NCBI GenBank assembly: GCA_016748015.1
Contig: JAAOMT010000294.1
Span: 164,541 to 228,540 of the forward strand
Direction: 5' to 3'
From: Geosiphon pyriformis uo1
Lineage: Eukaryota > Fungi > Glomeromycota
DNA: 64,000 bases
A program made the position numbers and the translations under genes. Within the stretch, counting starts at the first letter, position 1. Each line of letters opens with the position of its first letter. A model generated the notes under the pieces. That model saw only the letters and a list, made by a program, of their open reading frames with translations, searched no databases and had not been told where the DNA came from. Of this stretch, positions 38,912 through 51,900 are shown piece by piece.

Positions 38912-39922
38912 TGTTACCGGAGGTTTTTGGTCTCTTTTCTTGAATATTATAACTGTCTGTTGGTTGCAAATTCATGTTTTTTAGAAGTAGTTGAACCTCC
39001 AATAACTGAATTTATCTTCAAATTATCTTCTATAATTTGAACTGCTGGACTTATAAGTAGAATGGCCAATTCTGTGCCAGTTGCTTTGTGTAGTTACATT
39101 GTAGTAAATGTCAACTCTCTCCCAAGAATTGCTCGTCTGGAAGCTCACTAAAAATGTGTAGTTACTTTACTGTGAAAGTCAACTTTTCTACAGAAATCTC
39201 ATCTGTAGGTTACCTTAATGATTATGATAAAAAAATAAAAGGAAATAAAAGAAATATAAAAGAAATAGAATTTTATCAAGGAAAACGTTTTCTATTCAGG
39301 CCTGGAGTCACTAACAAATCATTGAAATTGGTAGCTAATCAATTTCAAAACGTTAGTTGGGTTTTGGGAATTTTCCAAGTGCAATAATTAAAAATTTTGG
39401 TTTTTCAAATTATTTGATATTTATTTTTTTTTGTGTGTATAGAAATAATTCTAGTGATAAAATCTAAAGTAAGATACATTTTCTTGAAGAGAAAAGCTCT
39501 TCTTTTATACAACTTGCTGTAGTACTAGTCTATAAACTTGCACTTTTTCTCTTTGCTCAACTTTTGGTAAACTAAAGATACATTTTGATAAACTACAAGT
39601 TATTTCGCTGAACTATTGATTAATTTGGGTGAACTATTCATAATTTTGGCGAATTTCTATAAATTTTGGCAAATTTCTTATAAATTTCAGTGAATTTCTG
39701 TAAATTTTGGTGAATTTTAGAATGTTACAAAGTTCAGAGTATTGTGTAATTTGATCATCCTACTTTCTGTTATACTAATTGGATTATTTAATTAAATCGT
39801 AATATGTGATAATTGATTAAATAATAAATAATAATTTGAAATGATATTAATATATTAATTAATTATAGAAATTATAAGGGTAATTTTTCTGCTAATTAAT
39901 AGCTAAAATTCTACTGGTAACA
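38912..39922 (-). repeat. 3' LTR of E7
   Basis: tgttaccgg...ctggtaaca. Confidence 0.96.
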
Positions 39923-40610
39923 TAATTTCCTCCTCAAGACTGAGCTCTGTCGAAGTCCAAGCACTATCTGTGATATTGAGATAATGATCCAAAATAATTG
40001 AAGTAATTTGGTCTGAAAATTGTTGAAATTTCAGTTCTGTAAGTTTGCCAATATATTGGATTTTTATTGGTTGCAGTATGAGATTTTGTAGAACATTTTC
40101 ACAAGTATTAAACAAATTATAAAGTCTAAAAGCTGTTCTAAGTTTGTAGTGAGTGTTTGTTAGTCCAGCTGCTGTTTTAAATTCATTGTAAATTTTTTTT
40201 TGTATAGCTTCAGGAGTGAGATTTGTTGCTTCAAGTTCCAGTTTTCGTTTATAAAGTGTCTTTCCAATGTGAAAGTATTTATAGATAGGGGTGTGTTCAT
40301 TGTTCTGTTCATTAAGAAGTAGTAGAAGTTTTTGTTGCATTGTAGCATTTGGTGAAATGTCAATAGGAGCAATTAAAAAATTTTCTTCCAGTGTTTGCTT
40401 CAAAAGTCTTGGTAACCTATTTTCAAAGTAACTTCTTGTTTTTCTTCTATAAAAGTGATAGTTTTGTGCATGATTTACTACTGGAGCTGTGGTTTCTTTT
40501 TGAATGTAATTAATTTGACTTCTATTAATCGTTATGGATAAGTCAAGAAGTGTTTTTAAGGCTAACATTAACTTTTGGGATATTTGTTGAATATTTTAGA
40601 GAATAATTAT
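39903..40610 (-). pseudogene. ORF3 of E7 (variant 3; open for 221 aa from 40568, ancestral ATG at 40610 now ATA)
   Basis: Uninterrupted frame; no signal peptide or TM helix visible; homologous to E6 and family-A ORF3. Confidence 0.85.
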
Positions 40611-40784
40611 GGTAAAATTGACTAATTATGAAAAGAAAGAATAAAGAAAATTATTTTTGGGTATGGGGTTTTTATTATTATTTTTTTTTTTTGGTTTGGG
40701 TGCTTTTTTGTTTTTGTTTTTTTTTTTGTGTAATTATTTACTATTTTTGTTTTTGTGTTTTTTTATTAAAAAATTATTGTAAAA

Positions 40785-43700
40785 TTTAAGTGTTCAAATT
40801 TGGTTGTTGTTCTATTATAATTATTGGTTTTAAATTTCGGGAAATATCTTCAGAATTAATTAAAGGAAAATGTGTACCAATTTGTGGAATTAATAGTTCA
40901 GAATTGTTTCTGGAATAATAGTGTTTCAATCTGTCTCCATGTGCAACTTTTGCTAGTATTTTGTCATCAAGTCTTAACTTGTATGATCTATTGCCTAGAA
41001 TTTCGTGGATATAAAATGGTCCTTCCCATTTGTTTTCAAATTTCCCACTCCATTGTTTTTCAGCCTTAGTTCTGTGTAAAAGAACTTTATTTCCAACTTT
41101 AAATTCATTGGTAATGGGTGGTAATTTGTTGTCATGTCTTTCTTTTTGTTAAGCTTGAGAATGTTTGATATAAGTTGCTGCTATTTTTTTTTTTTCTTCC
41201 AGTGTACTAAGAAGAGTGTAGGCCCTTCTTTGGAGTGTTTCTTGAAAGTTCTCTTCATTAATTGGTTGCACAGGGTATGTTTCTACTGTGAAATTAATTG
41301 GTAATATTGCTGTCCTTTCATAAGTTAAATCAAATAGTGTGTGTTTCATGGTATTTTGTTTTAGTGTTCTGTATGCTAGTAACACTGATGGAATAAAGAT
41401 ATCCCATTCCTGCTCAAAGTCTGTTGAGACTTTGGCTAGAGATTCACACAATGTTCTGTTAAAACATTCTACAAGTCTATTTGTTTAAGGGTAATAAGGT
41501 AATAATAGAGATCTTTTGACATTGAATCATTCACAAATTTCTTGTATCAAGTTGTTCACAAAATGTGTTTCTTGATCAGATAAAAGTTCAATTGGACATC
41601 CATGTCTACAAATAATGTTTTCATAGATGAAATTTGCTACTGATTTTGCATCTGCTCTTTAGATGGCTCTAGTTTCAGGCCATTTAGTGAGATAATCTAC
41701 TACTACTGCAATATAGCAATTTCCTTAGGTTGTAATAGGTAATGGTCCGACTAAATCAATTTCAATTTTGTCAAAAGGTTGTCCAACTTTGATTGGATTT
41801 AAAGATTCTATGAGACGAATTTCTCCTCTTCTTTGACAACTATTACAAGATTCTACATATTGTCGAATGTCTTTTTGCATGTAAGGCCAAAAATATTGTT
41901 CAAGAGTTCTTTGAATTGTTCCATTTCTTTCCAAGTGTGCTAAAGACAGATCTGTGTGTATGTTATATAAAATTGTTTTTTTTTCATTCTCTTGTACTAA
42001 TCTGAGTAGTTGGTTTGGGTTTCTGTAATTTTTATAATAGATTTTGTTGTGGTGTATGAAATATTGCTTTAATTGGTGTTGTAAACGATGTTTTTCACTT
42101 GGAGACCAATTCTTTGGCATGGTAAGGGTCTTCAAATAGTTTTTAAGATTGCTGTAGTTTCTGGAATCCATTGTTGTTTGGTTATTTTGTTGGTAGGTTA
42201 GTAAGTTATGATGGAATTGTTGTTGGTGTTAGTCTTGTCTCATTTTTGAGAGACTATCAACATTGGTGTGTAGTTTTCCTGGTTTGTAATGTACAATATA
42301 TCTGTAGTCTGCTAGGAAGTCATTCCATCAAGACTGTTTGGCACTTTGTTCAGTTTTTTTTTTATTAAGCCATTTGAGACCAATATTGTCAGTTATTATG
42401 TTAAATTCTTTTCCATTCTTCAGGTATTGTTGAAAATGTTTAAGAGCCCAGATAACTGTAGTGGCTTCCAATTCAGTTAAGCCATATTTGAGTTTTGTTG
42501 GCTTGAGTGTTCTACTGGCATAGACAATGATTTGTTCCTGGCCATTTTTATTCAATTGTAATAAAATGGCACCAAATACTATGTGTGAAGCATCAGTGGC
42601 TAATTGGAACCGTTTGTTGAAGTCTGGGTAAGCAAAAACTGGGGCTGTTGTCAATTTTGTTTTGAGAGTTTCAAAAGCTTTTTGTTGTTCTTCAGTCCAT
42701 TTGTATGGCATGTTTTTGTTGGTAAGATAATTGAGTGGTTTGGCAATTTCTGAGAATCTTTTTATGAATTTTTAATAGTAAGAGACTAATCCTACAAATC
42801 CTCTTAGTTCTGTGGTATTTCTGGGGGTTTGAAAGTTTTTGACAGCACTGATTGTTCCTGGATTTGGTTTGACTCCATCTTTACTATCTATGTGTTCAAG
42901 AAAAATCAAACTTGTTTTTCCAAAGTGATATTTCTCAATATTTAACTTTAATCCTGGTTTTCGTAATCATTAAAAAACTTCTCATAAGTAAATGAGATGG
43001 CTTCAAAGCTTGGTGAATATACATCAGTATTATCAAAATAGACAACTACTGATTGCCACAAGAGCCCTTCATATACAACATCTATGAGTTGCTAAAATGT
43101 TGCTGGTGTATTGCAAAGTTCAAAAAGCATAACATTGAACTCATAGTTTTTTCCTTGAATAGTAAATACTGTTTTGGGTCTATCTTTTAGGTCTATTTCA
43201 ATTTGCCAGTATCCACTTTCCAGGTCTAAAGTTGAGAAGAACTTGGCTTTTCTTAGAACATCTAGCATGTTATCAATTCTTGGAAGAGGGTAGGCATCTC
43301 CAATTGTAACACTATTCAGTTGTCTATAATCAACACAGAATCTGATTTTTCTGTTTTTTTTTTTAACTAAAACTACTGGTGAGACCCAAGAACTTCTTGA
43401 TGGTTGAATCAATCCGTTATTGAGCATTCTTTGAACCTCTTCTTTGATGAATTGGTGACTGGCAGGTGGCACTCAATAAGCTTATTGATGTTTTGGTAGA
43501 GCATCTCCTATATGGATCTGAACAATGTCTGTTTTTCCCAAGTCATTGTTGTCTTTTGCAAATATATCTGCAAATTCAGCTATCAATTGTTTCAATTGTC
43601 TTTGTTGTTGAGGTTCTAAGAGACCCATGTTGATTTGAGAGAGTTTTTTTTCCAAAAAGTGGTAGTTTTCAGTAATGGGAATGATATTTGGATTTGGGAG

Positions 43701-46700
43701 TAGAGTGTGCTTTACAATTTCGATAAAATTAGAGACAATTTGAGGGTTTTTATCTTGAAAGATATTGCTGTGTATGATTCCAATTTCTAATTTGTTTAAT
43801 AAGACAATAGGGTAATTATTGGAGTTATAGAATATAACTTGAAATTTTTTCATTCCTTTGGGAATATAAACATTTGGGATTGAGATTTCATGCTTCAAAC
43901 AGATTTGTTTATTGGATTCAAAGATTTGTTGGGTAGTAGTGAGTTTTGAGCAAGTGTAAATTTCGTGATGTTCTCCAAAAAATGAAATGGTAATTGGTTG
44001 TAAAAGTTGAAAAATCTGGTGAGATTCATTTTGTGTATTAAGAGCTATGCTTACTGGAACTGTAAATTGTCCAGTTAAACCAAAACCTTGCATTCCTCTT
44101 TTACTTTTTCTTAATTGTTCTCTGTTGTTAACTGATTGTAGACCCGAAATATTAATTAAGGGTAGGTAAATTGCTTGAGCAATTTTTTCAGCATGTTTAA
44201 TCTTGAATGGTTTGTCTGTTTCATTCTGCAACATGATGGTAATGTCTCCAGTGTATCCTGCATCTATAACTCCTCCTCTAATATTGATTCCTTTGCTTGC
44301 CAATGATGATCTGGAGGCAATTTGAACCATTGCTCCTGGTGGTATTTTAAGAGCAATTTTGAGATTGATTTTTGTCAAGGACTTTGGTTGGAGAACCAAA
44401 GTATCTTTTTCTGGGTATCTTAAATCATATCCAGCATCAATTTCGTGTGCTTTTTCTAGTCTGATTCTTTGGCCATGGTTGTTGAAATATTTAAGTTGTA
44501 GAGGTGGTTGCTTTTCAAGAAGATAGATGGAGGTGGTTGGTAGTTCTTCTACTAGTTCAGATACTCCAAATTCGATTTCATTTTCATCATTCTCATCTGG
44601 CAGAAGAATGCTAAGAGCATAACATTCTAAACACCATTGGTCATTACAAGACATAACACATTCTTAACACAATTGAATGTTCATTTGCTCTAATCATTGA
44701 ATTTGAGCTTCTTTGGTCGGATATGTGGCTTGCAATTTGGTGGTAGGTTTCTACTTCATCTTCATAATCAAATCTAGCTAATTCCATGATATACTTAATG
44801 TATTTAGCTTTTTTCATTTGGTGGATATCTTCTTGGGTGGCTTCATTAATCAATGCCATTGTTAGATCAAAAATCATTTCAGCATTATGAAGGTAGTGGT
44901 AAAGTTTATTGAGAACACTGTTGTATGCTGCATCAAATAGTGTTCCTCTTCTGACTTTTTCCGAAATTAATAGAACATATTGACAAGTCTGATTACATAC
45001 TTTTCCTCTTATTGTTACATCAATCCAATTGTATTCTTCTGATAGCCTTTCTCCACAAGTAAGGCAAAGAGTTTTGTCCCATTTTCCACTTCTCTTTGAG
45101 AATCCAAATCGTTCTCTATGGCATGTCTTGCAGAAGTAGCAAGTGTGAGTTTCATATTTTTCTTCTGAGAAAATACAGGCTCCCATAGATAAAAGCTTTT
45201 TTTTGCAATCTTTGCATTTTAGTGAAATGTATGGTGGTTTTTTTTGTGGTTCTGGTGTGGAATATCTAACTTTCTTCCATCCTCTTGATTCTTCAAAAAT
45301 CTCTTGTTTTGTTTCCTCAGCCCAATTGGATGGTGATCTAAGAGCCATGTAGGTTTCAGTGAGTGGCATTTCCTTTTTTTCTTCAAATTCAAATACTGGA
45401 GCTTTTTCTGATCATTTGTTAAAAGTACCATAGATTGCAGGTACTATGGTATATTGTCCTTGGTATGAGATTTTAAGTTCTTGAGTTTCCCAGTTCAGGT
45501 TTGCATTGGCCTTGAAAAGTTAATTATTTTTGACTAGAGCTTGGTATTGGGGTGCATCTATAACAAAAATTTTAACTGGAATGGTGATTTCATCAATTGT
45601 AAAGAGAAAATCATCAATTTTTCTTATTGGAGTCTTCTTCATACCATCAGCTGTGACAATAACTGTTTGAGCTGGTCTGTCTATGTTTCGTTTGAGTTGT
45701 TGCATTAGCTGGTAAGTGATGATACTTCCAGCCGATCTACTATCTAAGATTAAACAAATAGGTTTTCCTTCCACTGTAACTTCTGTGTACATAGCAGTAA
45801 TTGCTTTTTGTTCATTAACTGCTGTATTACTAAGCAGAAATGGTAATTCATTTGCTTTAAATTCAAATGGAAATATATCTGACAAATTGGCATTTTGGGC
45901 AATTTAAGCTGGTGAAATGATGTGGTTGGAAGAGTTTGATTTTGGTGCTGCAACTTCACCTTCAGAAAGTGCAGTTTGTTAAAAATCCGATTCCTCTGGT
46001 ATTGTAAGATAACTGAGTTGAGTGTGATAGTAATTGGGTCTTTGCTAACCAGAATTTTGGAGAACCAACTGGTTATTTGAATTGATTTTGTTTTTGTTAC
46101 TCTGCAATTGATTTTGGGGTGTGAATTGGTTATGTTGAACCAATTTTCTTGCTGATACTTGATATTGTTGAGTGAGTGGTGTCTAATATGGCTGAATTGG
46201 TAAAGGTTGCTGATATTGTTGCTGCATTAGTTGTGAAGCTGGTGGATAGTAACTGTTTTGATTTTGTGGTTTTGGTAAATAATAGGTTGGTAATAGAGAT
46301 TGGTAATAAGATTATTGTGATAAAGAGTAACATTGATTACTTCTGTTTTGTTAGTCTCTTTTTAATTTCTTACAATCTCGTTTCCAGTGTCCTGGAATTC
46401 CACAATAATGACAATTTTGAGGTTGGTTGTTGAATGATGATCCAAAATTGTTTTGGTTGCATCATTGTGAGGGTTGATATCTTTGTGGTTGTTGTTGCTG
46501 TTATTGTTGGTTTGTGAAGTAGCTTTAAATCCTTTTTGTGAGTTGGTCTATCTTCTCTTCAGCTGCTAAGCTGGTTTCTCCAATTGCAAAGTTTACAAGC
46601 TTGGTGTGATTTGCTTTTTCTATTGCCATTCCATAGCTTTTTGCCTGTCTAATAGCAGTTGCTAAGTCTGCTGGAGCATGTGGATGGACTTTTTTAATCA

Positions 46701-47844
46701 GTTTGTCTTTTAACCCTGCTATAAACTGATTCAAAATTTGAGCATCAGAATAGTAGTCATTGGTTTTCAATTGTCAGATTCATCTGAAAAGTTTGTTAAA
46801 TCTTCCAAGATAAGTCATAACAGTTTTAGATGTTTCTTGTTTGATATTGCAAAAGCAGTTTCTAAAAGTGATAGAGGTATTGTTGTCAGTGAATTGTTGT
46901 AGAAAAGCATCTTTGAATGCTTGCCAGTTTTCAAATAGTTCTTCTAAATTTTCAAACCATTTTTTTGCTGTTCCTTGGAAAAAGTAGGAAATTGCTTTAA
47001 GCATTCTTGCTGCAATCCAACCATTTGCATTTTCTGCTTTTTGAACTTTGTCAAGTCATTCTTGAGGACTGGTATCATTGTTTTCACCAGTGAATTCTGG
47101 AATTTTTGCAATGTAAGCAGTTGCCATTTTTTCTTTGTTTCCTGTGATTTCTTTTGGTTCTAATTCAGTTTCTTCACTTTCCAAGCTTTTTGAATGATTA
47201 CTTTCGTTTTCCTGTAAGTAATCAATGATATTGGCACTTGTTGATATTGGTTCTTGTTGTTGAGTAGGATTTCTAGGTGACTGAAAATCTTCTGGTCTGA
47301 AGAAACAGTTAAGTAGTGAACTTGGTGTTTGTGGTTGTACAAGTGAAATTGGAAATAGTGTAATAGAAAGTGGTAATTTGACACTGGTTCCTTGTTCAGG
47401 TGTTTGCAAGTGTTTGGCAGTTGTCTTTGATAGTATTGGAGTGTTTGGAGTGGTTCTTGAGTATTGTTTTACTTTTTGTTTGCCTTTGTTGCTTGTCTCT
47501 GTTTCTGATTCAAAGTTAAAAGAATATTTGGGCTGTACTGGGTATTATTCTTCACAGTACTCAATAATATTAAAATTAAGTTCTTAGAAGTAGGTAGCAA
47601 GTGTTTCACTGTTCAGGTCTTCTGTTTTCAATTGTGAATAGTGCACTAAATTATTGTAGAGGTTGCTTCTAACTTCTGAAATATTGTAGTTTCCAAAAAG
47701 ATAATTGTTGATGCAATTTTCAATATATTGGTATACTAATTTCTTAACAACTTCAATTCCGTCTGGGATGTTGAATCTTTGCTTGCAGTGGGTGTAAATT
47801 GACTGATGATACTTTAGAGTTGTTGTGTCTGGTGTGGTCATCAC
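40785..47844 (-). pseudogene. pol: E7 Gag-Pol: gag ~46340-47844, PR ~45470-45800, Cys-rich ~44600-45240, dUTPase ~44060-44490, RT ~42650-43430, RNase H ~42280-42640, IN ~40785-42171
   Basis: MATAYIAKIPEFTGE, C.YCGIPGHWKRDC knuckle, LILDSRSAG, ORF 43482..44654 with all dUTPase motifs, RT/RH/IN motifs. Confidence 0.94.
44060..44490 (-). pseudogene. dut: dUTPase domain of E7
   Basis: DAGYDL, ASRSSLA, GGVIDAGYTGDI, EKIAQAI, RGMQGFGLTG (trimeric dUTPase motifs 1-5). Confidence 0.95.
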
Positions 47845-47889
47845 TTTGAATTTGTTGTTACTGTGTTATTTCTGTGGAAGAGCACCAAA

Positions 47890-48900
47890 TGTTACTGGAG
47901 GTTTTTGGTCTCTTTTCTTGAATGTTGTAACTGTCTGTTGGTTGCAAATTCACGTTTTCTAGAAGTAGTTGAACCTCCAATAACTGAATTTATCTTCAAA
48001 TTATCTTCTATAATTTGAACTGCTGGACTTATAAGTGGAATGGCCAATTCCGTGTCAGTTGCTTTGTGTAGTTACATTGTAGTAAACATCAACTCTTTCC
48101 CAGAAATTACTCGTCTAGAAGCTTACTAAAAATGTGTAGTTACTTTGCTGTAAAAGTCAACTTTTTTACAGGAATCTTGTCTGTAGATTATCTTAATGAT
48201 TATGATAAGAAAATAAAAGAAAATAAAAGAAATATAAAAGAAATAGAATTTTATCAAAGAAAACGTTTTCTATCCAGGCCTGGAGTCACTAACAAATCAC
48301 TGAAATTGGTAGCTAATCAATTTCAAAACGTTAGTTGGGTTTTGGGGATTTTCCAAGTGCAATAATTAAAAAATTTGGTTTTTCAAATTATTTGATATTT
48401 ATTTCTTTTTGTGTGTATAGAAATGGTTCTAGTGATAAAATCTAAAGTAAGATACATTTTTTTGAAGAGAAAAGCTCTTCTTTTATACAACTTGTTGTAG
48501 TACTAGTCTATGAACTTGTACTTTTTCTCTTTGCTCAACTTTTGGCAAACTAAAGATACATTTTGATGAACTACAAATTATTTTGCTGAACTATTAATTA
48601 ATTTGGGTGAACTATTCATAATTTCGGCGAATTTCTATAAATTTTGGCAAATTTCTTATAAATTTCAATGAATTTTTGTAAATTTTGGTGAATTTTAGAA
48701 TGTTACAAAGTTCAAAGTATTGTGTAATTTGATCATCCTACTTTCTGTTATACTAATTGAATTATTTAATTGAATCGTAATATGTAATAATTGATTAAAT
48801 AATAAATAATAATTTGAAATGATATTAATATATTAATTAATTATAGAAATTATAAGGGTAATTTTTCTGCTAATTAATAGCTAAAATTTTACTGGTAACA
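47890..48900 (-). repeat. 5' LTR of E7
   Basis: Colinear with 38912-39922. Confidence 0.96.
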
Positions 48901-48904
48901 ATGT

Positions 48905-51900
48905 CATCAAATTGGAACCATACTCATGCACATGCATTGATCTGAAAATAGCACTGGAAATTCCAGCAATCACAATGGTTCAACTAGCATCTAAAAGTAG
49001 TTTAGCAAAAAGAGGAATTAATATCAGAAGAGGAATAATTGATGCAGAATATGTGGAAAATATCATTGCTATACTACAAAATGATTCAGAAAAGGCCTAT
49101 ATAATAGAGCCAAACAAAAAGATAGCACAGACAATATTCCTGCCTCTGGTCAAAATAACTCAGTTAGTATCAGTGAGAAATAGGGAAGAATTAGGAATAA
49201 CAGTAAGAGAAATACAGAGATTTGGATCAACAGGTAGAATAGATATACCAGTTAATATGACAGAGAAAAAAATTGTTGACAAAGAAGAAATTATCTCAAC
49301 CCATCAAACAATTTCTATTCCACCATATGACTAGTATATGGTAGTTATAGAAAGGAAAGTAAAGGATCAGAACCAGATTTTTGAAGCAGAAGCAACACTT
49401 TGTGAATCAGAAGAAATTGGACTCATTAATCTTCACATACCAGCCAAGAACTATAGCTGCATAAAAATTCCTATCTACAACAACACCAGAAAGATTCTAA
49501 AAATACCAGAAGGAACCATCATAAAACATTTAACTACTGAAATAGAAAACCAACCACCAAACTCCATTCCAGACTTTTTACAGCTTTGTAGATATGTTGA
49601 CATCACATCACAAACAATATATGGATGAAACAAATATTATTTGCTCTAACCAGAACAATTGGAACAAATGAACATGGGAAATCTAGATCCACTTCAATGC
49701 ATACAGCTGAAGATGTTGTTCAACAAGTTCAATGACATTTTCGCCAGCAAGAATGAATTTGGCAAAACTGACATCATTCAACACCAGATCAAAACTGGAG
49801 ATGCTATGCCAATAAAACAATAAGCATACAGAGTACCATCTGCCAGCCATGAAATCATTTGTCAAGAAATCAACTAGATGCTTAACAATGGGTTGATTCA
49901 GCCATCAATAAGCCTATGGTCATTACCAGTAGTACTTGTCCAGAAAAAGAATGGGAAAATTTGCTTTTGTGTGGACTACAGAAAGCTTAATGGAGTCACA
50001 CGTGGAGACAGCTATCCAATTCCACGGATTCAGAAATTATTCAATGTTTTTGGGGGAAACAAATGGTTCTCAACATTGGATTTAGATAATGGTTACTGGC
50101 AAGTAACCATGGATTCAGTGGACAAAGAAAAGAATGCATTCACAACATAGGAGGGAAATTTTGAATTTGAAGTGATGCCATTTGGCTTAACAAATATACC
50201 AGCCACATTCCAATAGCTAATGGAAATAGTATATACTGGCTTATTGTGGAAATCAGTAGTCATTTATTTAGATAACACCAATGTGTTCTCCAAAACATTT
50301 GATGATTATTTGCATTATCTACAACAAATGTTTGAAAGGCTATGATGAGCAGAGCTAAAGTTAAATGCCAATAAGTGCTTTTTTGACAAGACAGAATTAA
50401 ATTTTTTAGAGCACATAGTAAGCAAAGATGGCATTAAAACAGATCCAAAAAAGATAGAGATAGTCAAGAACTTTCCAGTACCAACCAATATAACAGAGTT
50501 AAAATCATTCTTGAGATTCGCAGACTATTATCAATGCTTCATCAAAAACTTTTTTAAGATAGTCCAACCACTCAATCATTTCCAAACCAAAAATGTAAAA
50601 TACAAATGGACAGAAACACAACAAGAAGCTTTTAATATTTTAAGAAGAAAGCTTATACAAGTTCCAGTACTGATCTATCCAGATTACAACAAATCATTTA
50701 TTATTACCACCAATGCATTAGGCCAAGCATTGGGAGCAGTACTATCACAGAGAAGACCAAATAGAAGAGAACATCCAGTCACATATGCCAGCCAAAATTT
50801 AACTCCAGCTGTAAAAATTATAGAACACCAGAATTAGAACACTTAGCAATTTATTGGGCAGTCATGAAATGGAGCAAATACTTAAGCCAGAAGTTTGATA
50901 TATACACAGATTACAAGAGATTAACAGCACTTCATAAACAGGAATTTGGAGATGGAAGACAATCAAGATGGAAAATAGCACTATTACTATATACTTACAC
51001 TATACATTATAAAAAAAGAAAAGACAATGGAAATGCTGACAGTTTGTTGTAAATGAGACAAATCTAAAACATTTCAACACAAAAATATAACAAAACCAGA
51101 ACAAATTCAATGAAAATATAATAAAAGATGAACATACAAAAATATCAACAACTACAACATTATATAAATCCTCAACAGTTCAAGAAGAAATTATCTCAAA
51201 ATAAGTGAAATAATATCAAACAACAATCAAAACATTTTATCAATTATAAAAATATAATTTACTGAAAAAACAGAAGAAATTCAGATCAACCAATAAGAGT
51301 TGTCACAGAACCAAAGAAAGAGACAATATTATTCAACATGCATTCAAATCCAACAGCAGGACATTTTCATAAAGAAACAATCATGGAAAGAACAAAAAAA
51401 AGATACTATTGGTCATCAATGTATCCAGATATCATTCAATATGTTCAGAATTGTGATGTTTGTCAGAGAAGAGATGGAACAAAATCCAGTGAACTATTAA
51501 GATCAATCAAAGTGAGACAACCATTTAACCATATCAGAATTGACTTAGTCAGACCATTAACAATTACCAGTAGAGACAACAGATACATTGCAGTAGCCAT
51601 GAATTATCTTACTAAATGGCCAGAAGCAAAAGCCATTCAAAGAGCAGATACAGAACCTATTGCCAAATTCGTTTATCAAGATTTGATTTGTCAACATAGA
51701 TGTCCAAAAGAACTATTATCAGATCAAAGAACTCACTTTGTGAACAGAACATTAGCAGAATTAAGTCAGAGATTTGGAATCAAAAGACCATTATCATCAC
51801 TATACTATCCACAAACAAATGGGTTAGTTGAAAGGTTTAACAGAATATTGTGTGAAGTAATTACCAAGATCAGTCAAAAAAATCAGGACAAATGAGATTT

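Larger units (their letters stand above)
38912..48900 (-). mobile_element. E7: full-length uninterrupted family-B element (9,989 bp)
   Basis: LTRs 38912-39922 / 47890-48900, TSD acac/atgt, PBS TGGTGCTCTTCC 47872-47887, PPT 39923-39937. Confidence 0.96.

Noticed and set aside
39903-40568. ORF3 as an env gene
   Set aside because: Short, with no signal peptide, fusion peptide or TM anchor visible
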